Source of the DNA: Candidatus Syntropharchaeum caldarium
GTDB taxonomy: Archaea; Halobacteriota; Syntropharchaeia; Syntropharchaeales; Syntropharchaeaceae
Direction: 5' to 3'
Assembly: GCA_001766815.1 (NCBI GenBank)
Contig: LYOS01000002.1
Coordinates: 234,577 to 266,576, forward strand
DNA length: 32,000 nucleotides
Every line of letters starts with the position of its first letter. Position 1 is the stretch's first letter. Made by a program: the position numbers and the translations under genes. Below, one piece after another: positions 1 through 8,905 of this stretch. The notes under the pieces were generated by a model, which saw only the letters and a program-made list of their open reading frames with translations, was not told the origin of the DNA and ran no database searches.

Positions 1-1046
1 GCAACCCTCAACGCTCCAGAGGATATATCCTTTATCCTATCCTCAATCTCACTCTTTATTCCATTCTGCACTTCTTTATTTCCTGGTAGAAATGATACAA
101 GATTTCCACCACCTGCAAAGAGGATTGCCTCTGGTGAAACCTTCTCACTGATAACCTTTTTCGCCGCTTCCAAAGCATCCTCTATGATCTTACTTCCACC
201 TCTGAGTGCATTAAGCTTCTTCGCCTCCCTGATGAATCCCTGAATACCCTGGATGTCAAGCGCAAGAAGGCCTATCTTACCTTCAAATGGTTTATAATCA
301 CCTATGATCTGACCGCCATAAACAATCTCATCATAAAAATAGCGATTCTTATCATACCTGGGATCGCTGATCTCTTTCTTCCCACACCTTCCAAGCACGA
401 TCTTTCTGCCGCCGATGGTCAAAAGATGCGGAAAAATCTTATCTCTCGATTTTACAACTCCATCATCGAATGAGACCTCATACCTTCTATCAGATGCAGA
501 TGAGATCGAGTCAGCCAGTGACAGAAGCCTCTCTTCATCCTTTTCAGCCCTGTACTTCTCATAATGCGATGCGCCATGGTGTCTTGGGGCAAGCCTCTTT
601 ATGTAGTGCTTATCCTCTTCTTTAAGCCAATCAATATCTGATAGAAGCTCATCGATCATCTCCTCGCTCGCTTTCACATGTTCCAGACCCTTACCAGGTG
701 CCCTGAGCTTACCGATATCATGAAGAAGCCCTGCAATCCTGAGCTTGGTAAGAAGTGAATGATCATACCCTCTATCGATCCCCAAACAGACCGCAATTCC
801 TGCCGTGCTCTTCAGGTGATGGTAGAGCGAGCAGATGGGGAGTCTTGTATCTGATGGAATGCACTTCAGATCATCACATTCCTCCAGGACCTCTGAAAGA
901 ATCCTTGCAAAGGAGCTGAGATCATGGTACCTGCCTTCATGCTGCCTCCCCAGAATATTATTCTTGATCGTCTCCCATATCTTCTCCCCCTCCTTAGCAT
1001 CCTCTCGCCTCTTTCTGAACCAGTTAACAACACCCTCTGCCATCAT
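1..1046 (-). CDS. cas10: Cas10 (type III CRISPR-Cas large subunit), N-terminal ~348 aa; gene continues beyond the left edge
   Basis: Absent from the ORF track because it has no stop in the window. Hand translation of the minus strand from ATGATG at 1046 stays open to position 1. It gives MMAEGVVNWFRKRRED...SLYHHLKSTAG...RIAGLLHDIGK...APRHHG (HD nuclease motifs). This is followed by GLLALDIQGIQGFI...NALRGGSKI...ILFAGGGNLVSFLP, the pattern of the first Palm/cyclase-like domain of Cas10. Its start overlaps the cas6 stop (ATGA). Confidence 0.8.
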   Translation of the reverse strand, partial: MMAEGVVNWFRKRREDAKEGEKIWETIKNNILGRQHEGRYHDLSSFARILSEVLEECDDLKCIPSDTRLPICSLYHHLKSTAGIAVCLGIDRGYDHSLLTKLRIAGLLHDIGKLRAPGKGLEHVKASEEMIDELLSDIDWLKEEDKHYIKRLAPRHHGASHYEKYRAEKDEERLLSLADSISSASDRRYEVSFDDGVVKSRDKIFPHLLTIGGRKIVLGRCGKKEISDPRYDKNRYFYDEIVYGGQIIGDYKPFEGKIGLLALDIQGIQGFIREAKKLNALRGGSKIIEDALEAAKKVISEKVSPEAILFAGGGNLVSFLPGNKEVQNGIKSEIEDRIKDISSGALRV

Positions 1047-1798
1047 ATAACCTCCAATTTCCCGAACCCATAGGATGTCCACCTCCCAACCTGGAAGAAA
1101 TCAGAGAGCCTCAAAATATTCTTAAGCTCAGACGTCATACACTCAACCTCATACTCAATCCAGCCCCATGTGCCATGAAGTGGTATAACCTCTCCCCTGA
1201 TATTTCTATGCCTCCAGAAGTAATTTCTCATCTCAAACTCAACGATCTCACCTTCAGGGATCTCCCCTACCCTCAGAGGATATACAGACTTTACATAGTA
1301 CTTCGTGAACCTGTTTACAGATCGCACAAGCGATCTTGTAACCATATCAAACGAAGGCACGGTTGAGAGATTATCCCCATCAAAAAAAGCTGTGGGGGAT
1401 ATGAATCCAATTTTAAACCTCTTTTTAATCCTTCTATTCATGAATGATCTCTTTTTAAGGCTCATAGCATCGATAACACACTTTACCCCTCCAATATGGG
1501 CTGTTTCCTTCTCACCAATTGCCCTCACCACCTCTTTGATAAAATGCTCGGAAAACCCCATCAGCATGAGATGTGCAGTAACAGAATTTCCATTTCTCTC
1601 TGTATAGAAGAAGTAGGGTCTAACGTCGATACGCGGGTTCTTGAATATAACTTCTGAAAGAACATTGTCATTGGAAAAAGTATCTCCAAGCATCCCTCGA
1701 ATAAGCGGTCCATAATATGGAAGCTTTGCGATTTTTTCCTGCTGAAAAGTAACTTCCAGATGATAATAACTTTTCTTGAGAAGACTTTGAAGTGTCAT
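1043..1798 (-). CDS. cas6: Cas6-family CRISPR RNA endoribonuclease (RAMP)
   Basis: 251-aa ORF. N-terminal PYYGPLIRGMLGDTF and C-terminal glycine-rich loop QVGRWTSYGFGKLEV are typical of Cas6/RAMP proteins. It sits directly upstream of cas10 and is translationally coupled to it. Confidence 0.75.
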   Translation of the reverse strand: MTLQSLLKKSYYHLEVTFQQEKIAKLPYYGPLIRGMLGDTFSNDNVLSEVIFKNPRIDVRPYFFYTERNGNSVTAHLMLMGFSEHFIKEVVRAIGEKETAHIGGVKCVIDAMSLKKRSFMNRRIKKRFKIGFISPTAFFDGDNLSTVPSFDMVTRSLVRSVNRFTKYYVKSVYPLRVGEIPEGEIVEFEMRNYFWRHRNIRGEVIPLHGTWGWIEYEVECMTSELKNILRLSDFFQVGRWTSYGFGKLEVI

Positions 1799-1830
1799 TG
1801 GGATCGTTAAAATAGTTATCTGTTGTTATC

Positions 1831-1838
1831 TATTTATA
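1831..1838 (-). promoter_or_regulatory. Candidate TATA box for the cas6-cas10 transcript
   Basis: The minus strand reads GGTATAAATAG, 33 nt upstream of the cas6 ATG, inside a 216-bp AT-rich divergent spacer. Confidence 0.3.
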
Positions 1839-2014
1839 CCTTTGTTACGCTCATGATTCTGCCAGATTCACCTATTGAACTTGAATATCAGACACTATAA
1901 TCTTTTTTGCCATTATATTGGTTGACTATTGTTGTAAATACACAATATTATGTAAATAATCCCAAAATAATAAATAATACCTCCACATAACAAAATAAAA
2001 GACAGGTGATGTGA

Positions 2015-2974
2015 ATGGATTTATCTATGCTGTTATCAGAGTTCAGCGTGTTCACCATAATATCTCTATTTTTGGGTCTTCTCGCAATTTACTTCTGGAT
2101 CCAGGTGTACTTTGAGATGAAAAAAGGCTCTCTCGCCTGGTTATTACTCGCATTGACCTCAGTATTTTTGATCACGACTTCGATATTTCCAGCCATCGCG
2201 ATAACTTATTCTGAACCAGTGATACAGTCTATTGTGCTTAGTATACTTGAATTTTGGAGCGTTGTTTACCTTGGTACATTTGTCGCAGCGGGATTTCTGG
2301 TGTACAGGGCGTTCAAAACGGTTCCAAAGGAGAACATAGGTGAGTATCTGGTGGAAGGGCTGACGTTTGAGATTCCCACTGCGGATGAAGTGAGCAACCT
2401 TCTTGGAAAGTCCACACTGATAGAATATACCACCCAGAGTCGATATGTGGATGGTGTGATTGAGCTTACATATCGGTTCTTTGGTGAACTGCGAACTGTC
2501 ATATTGTTTTCATCAGAGCCAAGGGCATCGATGTATCGAGAGAAGCTGATGGATCTGGTTGATGTTGGCGCGATGAAGTTTGTTGAAGTTTGCATGGAAG
2601 GGGATGAGATCTCGATAGAAGATGAGATCGTTAGAGTGCCTGTAACAAATATGGATCAAATTTTAGAGTTGTTTGACCAGCTTCCAGCAGGAGCAAGGAT
2701 AATATTTGAGCCGCTGAGTCACCTGATTTCGATGCTGGGTAAGGATGAGACGTACAGGCTTCTTTCAAGAGTGGTCGAGCGCACCTCACGGCTAAAACTC
2801 GATCTCGTTGCGTTTATAAACAAAGAGGCACACGATGATGAAACGATAAACAGATTCAGGGAATTGTTTGTGAACTACGCTGAGATTACCAGCGATAGAA
2901 TAAGGGTGGTGAAAGGCAAAAAAGAAGGGCACATTCGATTTATGGTTGGAACAGAGTTCTATTTGAACTCGTAA
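2015..2974 (+). CDS. Membrane protein: 3 N-terminal TM helices plus a C-terminal KaiC/RecA-like (DUF835-like) domain without a Walker A motif
   Basis: 319-aa ORF with AGGTGAT 5 nt upstream of the ATG. Residues ~10-97 form three hydrophobic helices. The C-terminal ~190 aa follow the KaiC-like layout (GKSTLIEY...VILFSSEP...ARIIFEPLSHLISML...LDLVAFINKEAHDD), but no GxxGxGK[ST] motif sits where the P-loop should be. Confidence 0.55.
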   Translation: MDLSMLLSEFSVFTIISLFLGLLAIYFWIQVYFEMKKGSLAWLLLALTSVFLITTSIFPAIAITYSEPVIQSIVLSILEFWSVVYLGTFVAAGFLVYRAFKTVPKENIGEYLVEGLTFEIPTADEVSNLLGKSTLIEYTTQSRYVDGVIELTYRFFGELRTVILFSSEPRASMYREKLMDLVDVGAMKFVEVCMEGDEISIEDEIVRVPVTNMDQILELFDQLPAGARIIFEPLSHLISMLGKDETYRLLSRVVERTSRLKLDLVAFINKEAHDDETINRFRELFVNYAEITSDRIRVVKGKKEGHIRFMVGTEFYLNS

Positions 2975-3029
2975 ATTCTACATAAACCTTAAATGTCCAT
3001 TCAAACTAAAAGATAGTAAGACTTGTTGA

Positions 3030-4022
3030 GTGGGTTGGACTATGCCTGGTGATGATGGGGTACTTGTCAGCATGGAAGGGGAATATGCATTTCTTGATGT
3101 CTATAGTGGTGGGCGTGTTTCATGGACACAATGCAAGGCGACACTCACTCCAAAAGCGATCTGGTTGAAAGACACATCAGGAAAGCGTGCAATACCACTT
3201 AGCTCAATTACAGTCATTGGAAGAGACATATCCTCGCGAATCAAAAGAGTATTCGAGGAGTATATCAGTATTGCATATCTCGATAAAAACGGTGAGGAAA
3301 AGATATTAGTGTTGAGTGGAACGACCCATAAAGAGCTGCAAAAGTTCAGGTCATACCTTACCTACACTCAGGCGCGGCGGATGAAGGTTTTAATGCTTCA
3401 TCCTGCGAAAATTGGTGGGGTGATACAGTCAGATAGTAAATGGAGGAAGGCACTTCTTGGCATCAAACGAAAGACAGATGAAGAAGGAAATATCATCGAT
3501 ACGATAATCGTGAAGCCTGAAAAAGGGGAGTCTGTTGTAATTCCAGTGGATAAGATTGAGAAGTTTAGTTCTGAGATTCAGAGTATAGGTAATAGTAATA
3601 AAGAGGTTATCACGATCAGGTATACCTACAATGGCGAGAACTACAGCACATACATCTACACAAAGACTGCAAACAGACTGCGTGAGTATCTGACCGAGTG
3701 TCTTCATGATAGTGGGATCGTCCCGAAGCGGTCTGCAGATTCAATGGTGGTGGAGGGAAAGTACAGAGGACCTTCATTCTCTCAGATCGAAGAGAAGATA
3801 CTTGTAGCGCTTTACTCAGGTGTTGGATCGATGGAAATTGACTCGTTTGTTGAAGGGATCGATGACGTGGACGCGTTAGAAGAAATATATGACCGTATGA
3901 TCGCAGACGGGCTGTTAGAGGTTGTGCGCATACGAAAGGAGGTTGAACTTACGCCGAAAGGAAAAGGGATCGTGAACCTTAAGATGGAGATCAAAGATGA
4001 GGATGGGAAATCAACCTTTTAA
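3030..4022 (+). CDS. cheF: CheF-like archaeal taxis adaptor (DUF439-like): two beta-rich PH-like modules plus a C-terminal winged-helix-like segment
   Basis: 330-aa ORF ending 15 nt upstream of cheY. Length, all-beta repeat character and che context fit CheF. The assignment rests on pattern and context, not alignment. The start may be GTG 3030 or ATG 3042. Confidence 0.5.
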   Translation: MGWTMPGDDGVLVSMEGEYAFLDVYSGGRVSWTQCKATLTPKAIWLKDTSGKRAIPLSSITVIGRDISSRIKRVFEEYISIAYLDKNGEEKILVLSGTTHKELQKFRSYLTYTQARRMKVLMLHPAKIGGVIQSDSKWRKALLGIKRKTDEEGNIIDTIIVKPEKGESVVIPVDKIEKFSSEIQSIGNSNKEVITIRYTYNGENYSTYIYTKTANRLREYLTECLHDSGIVPKRSADSMVVEGKYRGPSFSQIEEKILVALYSGVGSMEIDSFVEGIDDVDALEEIYDRMIADGLLEVVRIRKEVELTPKGKGIVNLKMEIKDEDGKSTF

Positions 4023-4037
4023 ATTGAAGGGATAAAA

Positions 4038-4391
4038 ATGGCGAACATACTCCTTGTGGATGATTCAGAATTTATGCGAAAACTCCTGAAAAAGTTTCTG
4101 ACACCGAAACACACGATAGTTGGTGAAGCAGATGACGGCATCGTTGCAGTCGAGAGATTCGATGAGTGGAATCCTGAAGTGGTCCTGATGGATGTTGTGA
4201 TGCCACACATGGATGGAATCACGGCAACAAGACATATCACGAGGGCACACCCTGAGGTAAAGGTGATCATGTGTACATCGATCGGTGAGGAGAAAAAAGT
4301 AAAAGCTGCGATCGAGGCAGGGGCGGTTGGGTATGTCACAAAACCTTTCCATGGGCCAAATGTCTTAAAAGAAGTCGATAGCGTACTATAA
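4038..4391 (+). CDS. cheY: Chemotaxis response regulator CheY (single receiver domain)
   Basis: 117 aa. It has the acidic pocket LLVDDS, the phospho-acceptor context VVLMDVVMP, the conserved T/S (MCTS) and K (YVTKPF). It lies within the che cluster. Confidence 0.85.
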   Translation: MANILLVDDSEFMRKLLKKFLTPKHTIVGEADDGIVAVERFDEWNPEVVLMDVVMPHMDGITATRHITRAHPEVKVIMCTSIGEEKKVKAAIEAGAVGYVTKPFHGPNVLKEVDSVL

Positions 4392-4419
4392 GAGTTGTTT
4401 AAGTTCTCATATCTATAAT

Positions 4420-4905
4420 TCACAACCTCATCTCACCGTGTCCGGTCCTAACAAGAACTGTTCCAGTCTCAATATAGAACTCAACCGTCCTGCTAAAATT
4501 CTTTCCTGTATCCTCTGATGTGATCTTAAGGTTCAGAGCGTGGAGAGCTTTCTTTACAGCCGCGACATTCTGCTCGCCTATATTAATCGATTCTTTCTTT
4601 CCAAAGCTCGAAAACATCGTTGCACCGCCTGCAATCTTTGTTACAAGCCGTTCCCTGGATGCTCCTGCTTCAAGCATTCTCTCTACAAGCACCGGGATCG
4701 CGGTATCTGCATACATCAATAGTTTCTGTTTACCTCTCTCTGAGCTATTGCTGTCAGGAAGCATTATATGAGCGAGGCCGCCTATCTTTGCAACAGGATC
4801 ATAAATACATATACCAACACATGAACCGAGTCCTATAGTGATAAGGGTGCTACCGCCTTTTGCAATCTTCAAATCAGCTATACCTACTTTTATGATCCCA
4901 CTCAT
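4420..4905 (-). CDS. cheD: Chemoreceptor glutamine deamidase CheD
   Basis: 161 aa with the GLGSCVGICIYDP...GGLAHIMLP signature of CheD. It lies immediately downstream of cheA. Confidence 0.85.
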   Translation of the reverse strand: MSGIIKVGIADLKIAKGGSTLITIGLGSCVGICIYDPVAKIGGLAHIMLPDSNSSERGKQKLLMYADTAIPVLVERMLEAGASRERLVTKIAGGATMFSSFGKKESINIGEQNVAAVKKALHALNLKITSEDTGKNFSRTVEFYIETGTVLVRTGHGEMRL

Positions 4906-4919
4906 GCGTCTCTTCTTCT

Positions 4920-6956
4920 TTAGATCAATGTCCCAATATCAACGATTAATATAACCCTACCATCACCAAGGATCGTTGCACCAGCAAATCCCTTAACGCC
5001 CTTCAGAATACTCCCCATCATCTTTATCACAACCTCCTGCTGTGCGGTTATATTATCAACAACGAGCCCCACCTGCTTTGAATTCCTCTCGACCACAACA
5101 ACGTTCAAATCCTTAGCCCTGGTATCAGGAATCTGCATAAGATCATGCATACGGATAAGAGGGAGTACATTGCCCCTAAGTGTTGTGATCTCCGAGGATC
5201 CGATCATCGATACATCTTCAAGTGGGATGCTTGCCACCTCAACAATATTGTTTATCGGTATCGCAAATGTTTGATCACCAACTTCTACAAGCATTGCCTG
5301 GACAATTGCCATCGTGAGTGGTAGCCTGAGTGCGACCCGTGTCCCTTCCCCTACTTTAGAGTTGAGTATAACAGAACCACCAAATGACTCGATCTTCGTC
5401 TTTACAACATTTAGCCCAACTCCTCTACCCGAGACCTCTGATACCGTCTCTGCTGTCGAGAGGCCTGGCATAAATATGAGTTCCTGGGCCTCCTGATCTG
5501 TGAGCTTCTCTGCGTCATCGCGCGTCATGAGACCTTTTTTAACGACTGCGTCCCGCATCATCTCTGGATCGATTCCAGCACCATCATCGATCACTTCGAT
5601 CAAGACCTGGTTTTTTTCACGCGATGCAACAAGCCTCACCTGTCCTTCAGCAGACTTTCCAGATGCTCTTCGCAGATCGGGCGATTCTATCCCATGATCG
5701 ACACAGTTTCTGATTAGATGAAGAAGTGGCTCTCCTATCTCGTCAAGTACAGTCCGATCAAGCTCGATCTCACCTCCCTCCATCTCAAAGTTAATCACTT
5801 TTTCTTCCTTCCTAGCAAGGTCCCTGACCATTCTTGGGAATTTATTGAAGATCTGCCTGACAGGGACCATCCGCATCTCCATTACCTCGCTTTTAAGGTC
5901 TGTCACGAGGCGATCAACTGTTGCTATCGTCTCTTCAAGATCCTTGAGCTGATGGGATGCTCCAAGATCCTTTAGTCTGATCTTGCTGATTACAAGTTCT
6001 CCCACGAGGTTAACAAGTGCATCGAGTTTATCTATATTCACGCGGACAGACTGCACCTTCTCAACACCTACTTTATTCGTTGCAGCAGACAGGGTGCTGG
6101 ATCCGGTCCTGGGGTGAAGATGTGGTGAGAGTACATCCTCTCTCACGAATTCCTCAACGACTACACTCGCAATCTCGTTCATAGCTGCGAGCTCTGATGA
6201 GAGTTTGGCACATTCTATACTCCCTTTTTTTACCCCGAGAAGCAGGATGAATTCATTTTCAAATTCACCGTTCTCAATAGCTTCTGCCTGGGGTATGCTT
6301 GCAACGATTGCACCCCTCTCCCTGAGCTTCTTTATGACCATGAATGCACGTACACCTTTAAGGGCACAATCCTCCTCGACTGTGACCTTAACCTGTAAGA
6401 TCTCCAGTCCCTCACTTATTGCGAGATCGACCGCTCTTTTGTCCACTTCTGTAAGCTCAATATGAGGTATATGATCTGGTACAAACTTACCTGGATCTTC
6501 TGTGAGTTTATTCAGGCGTTCAATAAACCAATTGACATCGATCTCGCTCTCCCGATCATGATCTATATCCTCCACCAGCACCTCAAGTGCATCAAACGAT
6601 TCAAAGATGAGATCAAGTACATCAGAGGTTATCATCAGGCGCTGATTCCTGATCGCATCCAGAACGTTCTCCATCTTGTGCGTAAGTTCTGAGATATTTG
6701 TATATCCCATTGTCGCAGAAGAACCTTTCAGTGTATGTGCAGAACGAAAAACACGGTTCAAAAGATCCATATTTCCAGGGTCGTGCTCAAGATCGAGAAG
6801 CGCTTCGTTCATATCCTGTAACTCTTCTTTTGCCTCGTTTATGAATTCATCCTTATACTCAGAGATATCGAGGTCTACCACATCAACACCACCTTGCCAC
6901 TTCAGGTGCAGAATTTGATATATCAGATATAACTTTGCACCCGAAGAGTGAATCAC
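4920..6956 (-). CDS. cheA: Chemotaxis histidine kinase CheA
   Basis: It carries an HPt motif (FRSAHTLKGSSATMG), an HATPase region (DDGAGID...GRGVGLNVV) and a C-terminal CheW-like domain. The first 25 codons look non-native. A GTG at 6881 preceded by GGTGGTG is an alternative start. Confidence 0.95.
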   Translation of the reverse strand: MIHSSGAKLYLIYQILHLKWQGGVDVVDLDISEYKDEFINEAKEELQDMNEALLDLEHDPGNMDLLNRVFRSAHTLKGSSATMGYTNISELTHKMENVLDAIRNQRLMITSDVLDLIFESFDALEVLVEDIDHDRESEIDVNWFIERLNKLTEDPGKFVPDHIPHIELTEVDKRAVDLAISEGLEILQVKVTVEEDCALKGVRAFMVIKKLRERGAIVASIPQAEAIENGEFENEFILLLGVKKGSIECAKLSSELAAMNEIASVVVEEFVREDVLSPHLHPRTGSSTLSAATNKVGVEKVQSVRVNIDKLDALVNLVGELVISKIRLKDLGASHQLKDLEETIATVDRLVTDLKSEVMEMRMVPVRQIFNKFPRMVRDLARKEEKVINFEMEGGEIELDRTVLDEIGEPLLHLIRNCVDHGIESPDLRRASGKSAEGQVRLVASREKNQVLIEVIDDGAGIDPEMMRDAVVKKGLMTRDDAEKLTDQEAQELIFMPGLSTAETVSEVSGRGVGLNVVKTKIESFGGSVILNSKVGEGTRVALRLPLTMAIVQAMLVEVGDQTFAIPINNIVEVASIPLEDVSMIGSSEITTLRGNVLPLIRMHDLMQIPDTRAKDLNVVVVERNSKQVGLVVDNITAQQEVVIKMMGSILKGVKGFAGATILGDGRVILIVDIGTLI

Positions 6957-6971
6957 CGGCGAGAGATGGCC

Positions 6972-8396
6972 TCACCTATATACACCCCTTCCAATTCCTA
7001 TGCGATCCTCTCCCCCTTCTTCTATCTGCCAGTCTATCGGGAGCAGAATGCGGAAGGTACTGCCAACACCTGGTTCACTCTCAACTGTTATAGTACCTCC
7101 ATGAAGTTCAACAAGCTCCTTAACGATCGATAGCCCGATCCCGGTCCCACTACCAGATCGAGTGGTGCTACCATCCACCTGATAAAACCTATCAAATATC
7201 TTGTCAAGCTCTTCCTTTTCAATACCAATACCATCATCAGTGACGTCCACTATGATATTCTCTGAGTCTGCGTGTAACCTGATCATTGTTGTGGTGTTCT
7301 CAGGGTTGTACTTTATCGCGTTTGAGACGAGGTTCATCAGTGCCTGTTTCATCCGTCTTGGATCGATCAATCGCATCGGGATCTCACCCTCCACATTGAG
7401 TATAAGATTCTGTCCCTTCGCCTCCGCGTTCTTTGCCATCCTCTCGACAACATCCTCAGCGATATCGGTGATCACGATCTGAACGAGATCGAGTTTGAAA
7501 TTGCCTGCATCGAGTTTTGCGAGATCAAGGATCATCTCAACGAGATCTTCGAGATCAAGTGTTTCTCTCATTGCCACATCGACTGAACGTTTCATTTTTT
7601 CGGTCAATTCACCAAGCTTACCGGTTTTCAGGAAGTGCAGATGCGCTTTTATCACGGTCAGCGGAGTTTTGAGTTCATGTGAGACGTTCGAGAAGAACTG
7701 CGTCTTCAGCCTATCAAGCTCCTGCAGATCTTTGTAAGCTTCTGAAAGTTTTAACTGATCATTCTTAAGCTCACGTGTTGCCAGCTCGATCTCATGTTCA
7801 AGCTCCATTGCATGACGCTCCAGTTGATCCTGAAGCTTTCTCTTCTCAGTCACATCCTTCATCGTCTCAACAGCAACGGTTCTTCCATCCCGATCCTTGA
7901 ATGGCGCGAGGGTGATCTCGAATATCCTGCCATCCTGCAGCGTTCTTGAGGTTGTGAAAGGTTTATACGTATCTATCACCTCTTCAACCATACAACCTTC
8001 ACAGGGTGCATTCCTACCGGAATAAACTTCGTAGCAGATTCTTCTGATAGCATTTCCAAAATTCGTTTCAACAACGCTGTTCTGGAACTTGACTTTATAA
8101 TTTCGATCAATGATGGCGAGGCCCTGATTAGTACTATCAAGTGCTCTTTCATAGTAGTCTGAGACTGCTTCGATCTCTACTTCGTGTCTGATTTGAAGTC
8201 TCAAACTGTAGCCCACGACCAGAAACATTGATACAGTGGTAAGGAGGGCAAGCAGAATGATTGGCCACGCTATCAGATTAGCTATAAATGTTGATATCCC
8301 GTTTATTCCGATCTCCAGGACAGTATAGAATGTAACAAGGAAGAACCCAAGCCCCATCACAAGGTCTGGAATTAAATATGTTAACGATCTTTTCAT
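6972..8396 (-). CDS. Membrane sensor histidine kinase (2 TM, PAS, HisKA, HATPase_c)
   Basis: 474 aa. Two N-terminal hydrophobic helices are followed by a PAS-like segment with CYEVYSGRNAPCEGC. It has the H-box FFSNVSHELKTPL, an N-box LVSNAIKYN and G-boxes DDGIGI and GTGIGLSIV. Confidence 0.9.
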   Translation of the reverse strand: MKRSLTYLIPDLVMGLGFFLVTFYTVLEIGINGISTFIANLIAWPIILLALLTTVSMFLVVGYSLRLQIRHEVEIEAVSDYYERALDSTNQGLAIIDRNYKVKFQNSVVETNFGNAIRRICYEVYSGRNAPCEGCMVEEVIDTYKPFTTSRTLQDGRIFEITLAPFKDRDGRTVAVETMKDVTEKRKLQDQLERHAMELEHEIELATRELKNDQLKLSEAYKDLQELDRLKTQFFSNVSHELKTPLTVIKAHLHFLKTGKLGELTEKMKRSVDVAMRETLDLEDLVEMILDLAKLDAGNFKLDLVQIVITDIAEDVVERMAKNAEAKGQNLILNVEGEIPMRLIDPRRMKQALMNLVSNAIKYNPENTTTMIRLHADSENIIVDVTDDGIGIEKEELDKIFDRFYQVDGSTTRSGSGTGIGLSIVKELVELHGGTITVESEPGVGSTFRILLPIDWQIEEGGEDRIGIGRGVYR

Positions 8397-8435
8397 CTAT
8401 ATTTCTCGTTATCAATGTAAATTTCTTTCACCCCC

Positions 8436-8891
8436 TCACGTCATGCCACCTGTAAGTACCTCTTCCAGATCCACTATGATGAGAAGTCTCCCATCATCAA
8501 GCTTTCCGATGCCCTTGATGTACTTAATATCAATCGAGGACTCGAGGACGTCAGGGGTTGACTCAACCGCGTCCGACTCAAGCTGCAAAACCTCTATAAC
8601 CGTATCAACGATCATTCCAATCGGCGTACTATTTATCTCAACAATTATCACCTGCCCATCTCGATCTTCTATCTTTTCTTCTAATATCCCGAATCGTTTC
8701 TTGAGATCGACCACTGTTGTAACCTGCCCTCTCCGATTTGTAACACCGTCAACAAAGAAAGGAGCGCCTGGTACAGGTGTGACATGTCCCATCGGCGTAA
8801 TTTCCCGCACCTGCTTGACGTCCACGCCGTATAGAGTGTTATTCAGCGAGAATACAACAAGCTGGATATCCTCTGTCACACATTCATCCAT
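8436..8891 (-). CDS. cheW: Chemotaxis coupling protein CheW
   Basis: 151 aa in the typical CheW pattern (LVVFSLNNTLYGVDVKQVREI...VTNRRGQVTTVVDLKKRFG...GRLLIIVDLEEVL). Confidence 0.9.
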   Translation of the reverse strand: MDECVTEDIQLVVFSLNNTLYGVDVKQVREITPMGHVTPVPGAPFFVDGVTNRRGQVTTVVDLKKRFGILEEKIEDRDGQVIIVEINSTPIGMIVDTVIEVLQLESDAVESTPDVLESSIDIKYIKGIGKLDDGRLLIIVDLEEVLTGGMT

Positions 8892-8905
8892 TTTTTCACC
8901 CCTCT

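Noticed and set aside
835-1050. 71-aa plus-strand ORF, the only track ORF in the first kilobase
   Set aside because: The minus strand carries an uninterrupted Cas10 reading frame with clear HD and Palm motifs across this region. The plus ORF is antisense noise.
1799-2014. AT-rich 216-bp region next to cas6 considered as a CRISPR leader or degenerate array
   Set aside because: It has no repeat-spacer periodicity. Only 7-8-bp direct repeats occur, which is expected in AT-rich promoter DNA, and the region is too short for an array.
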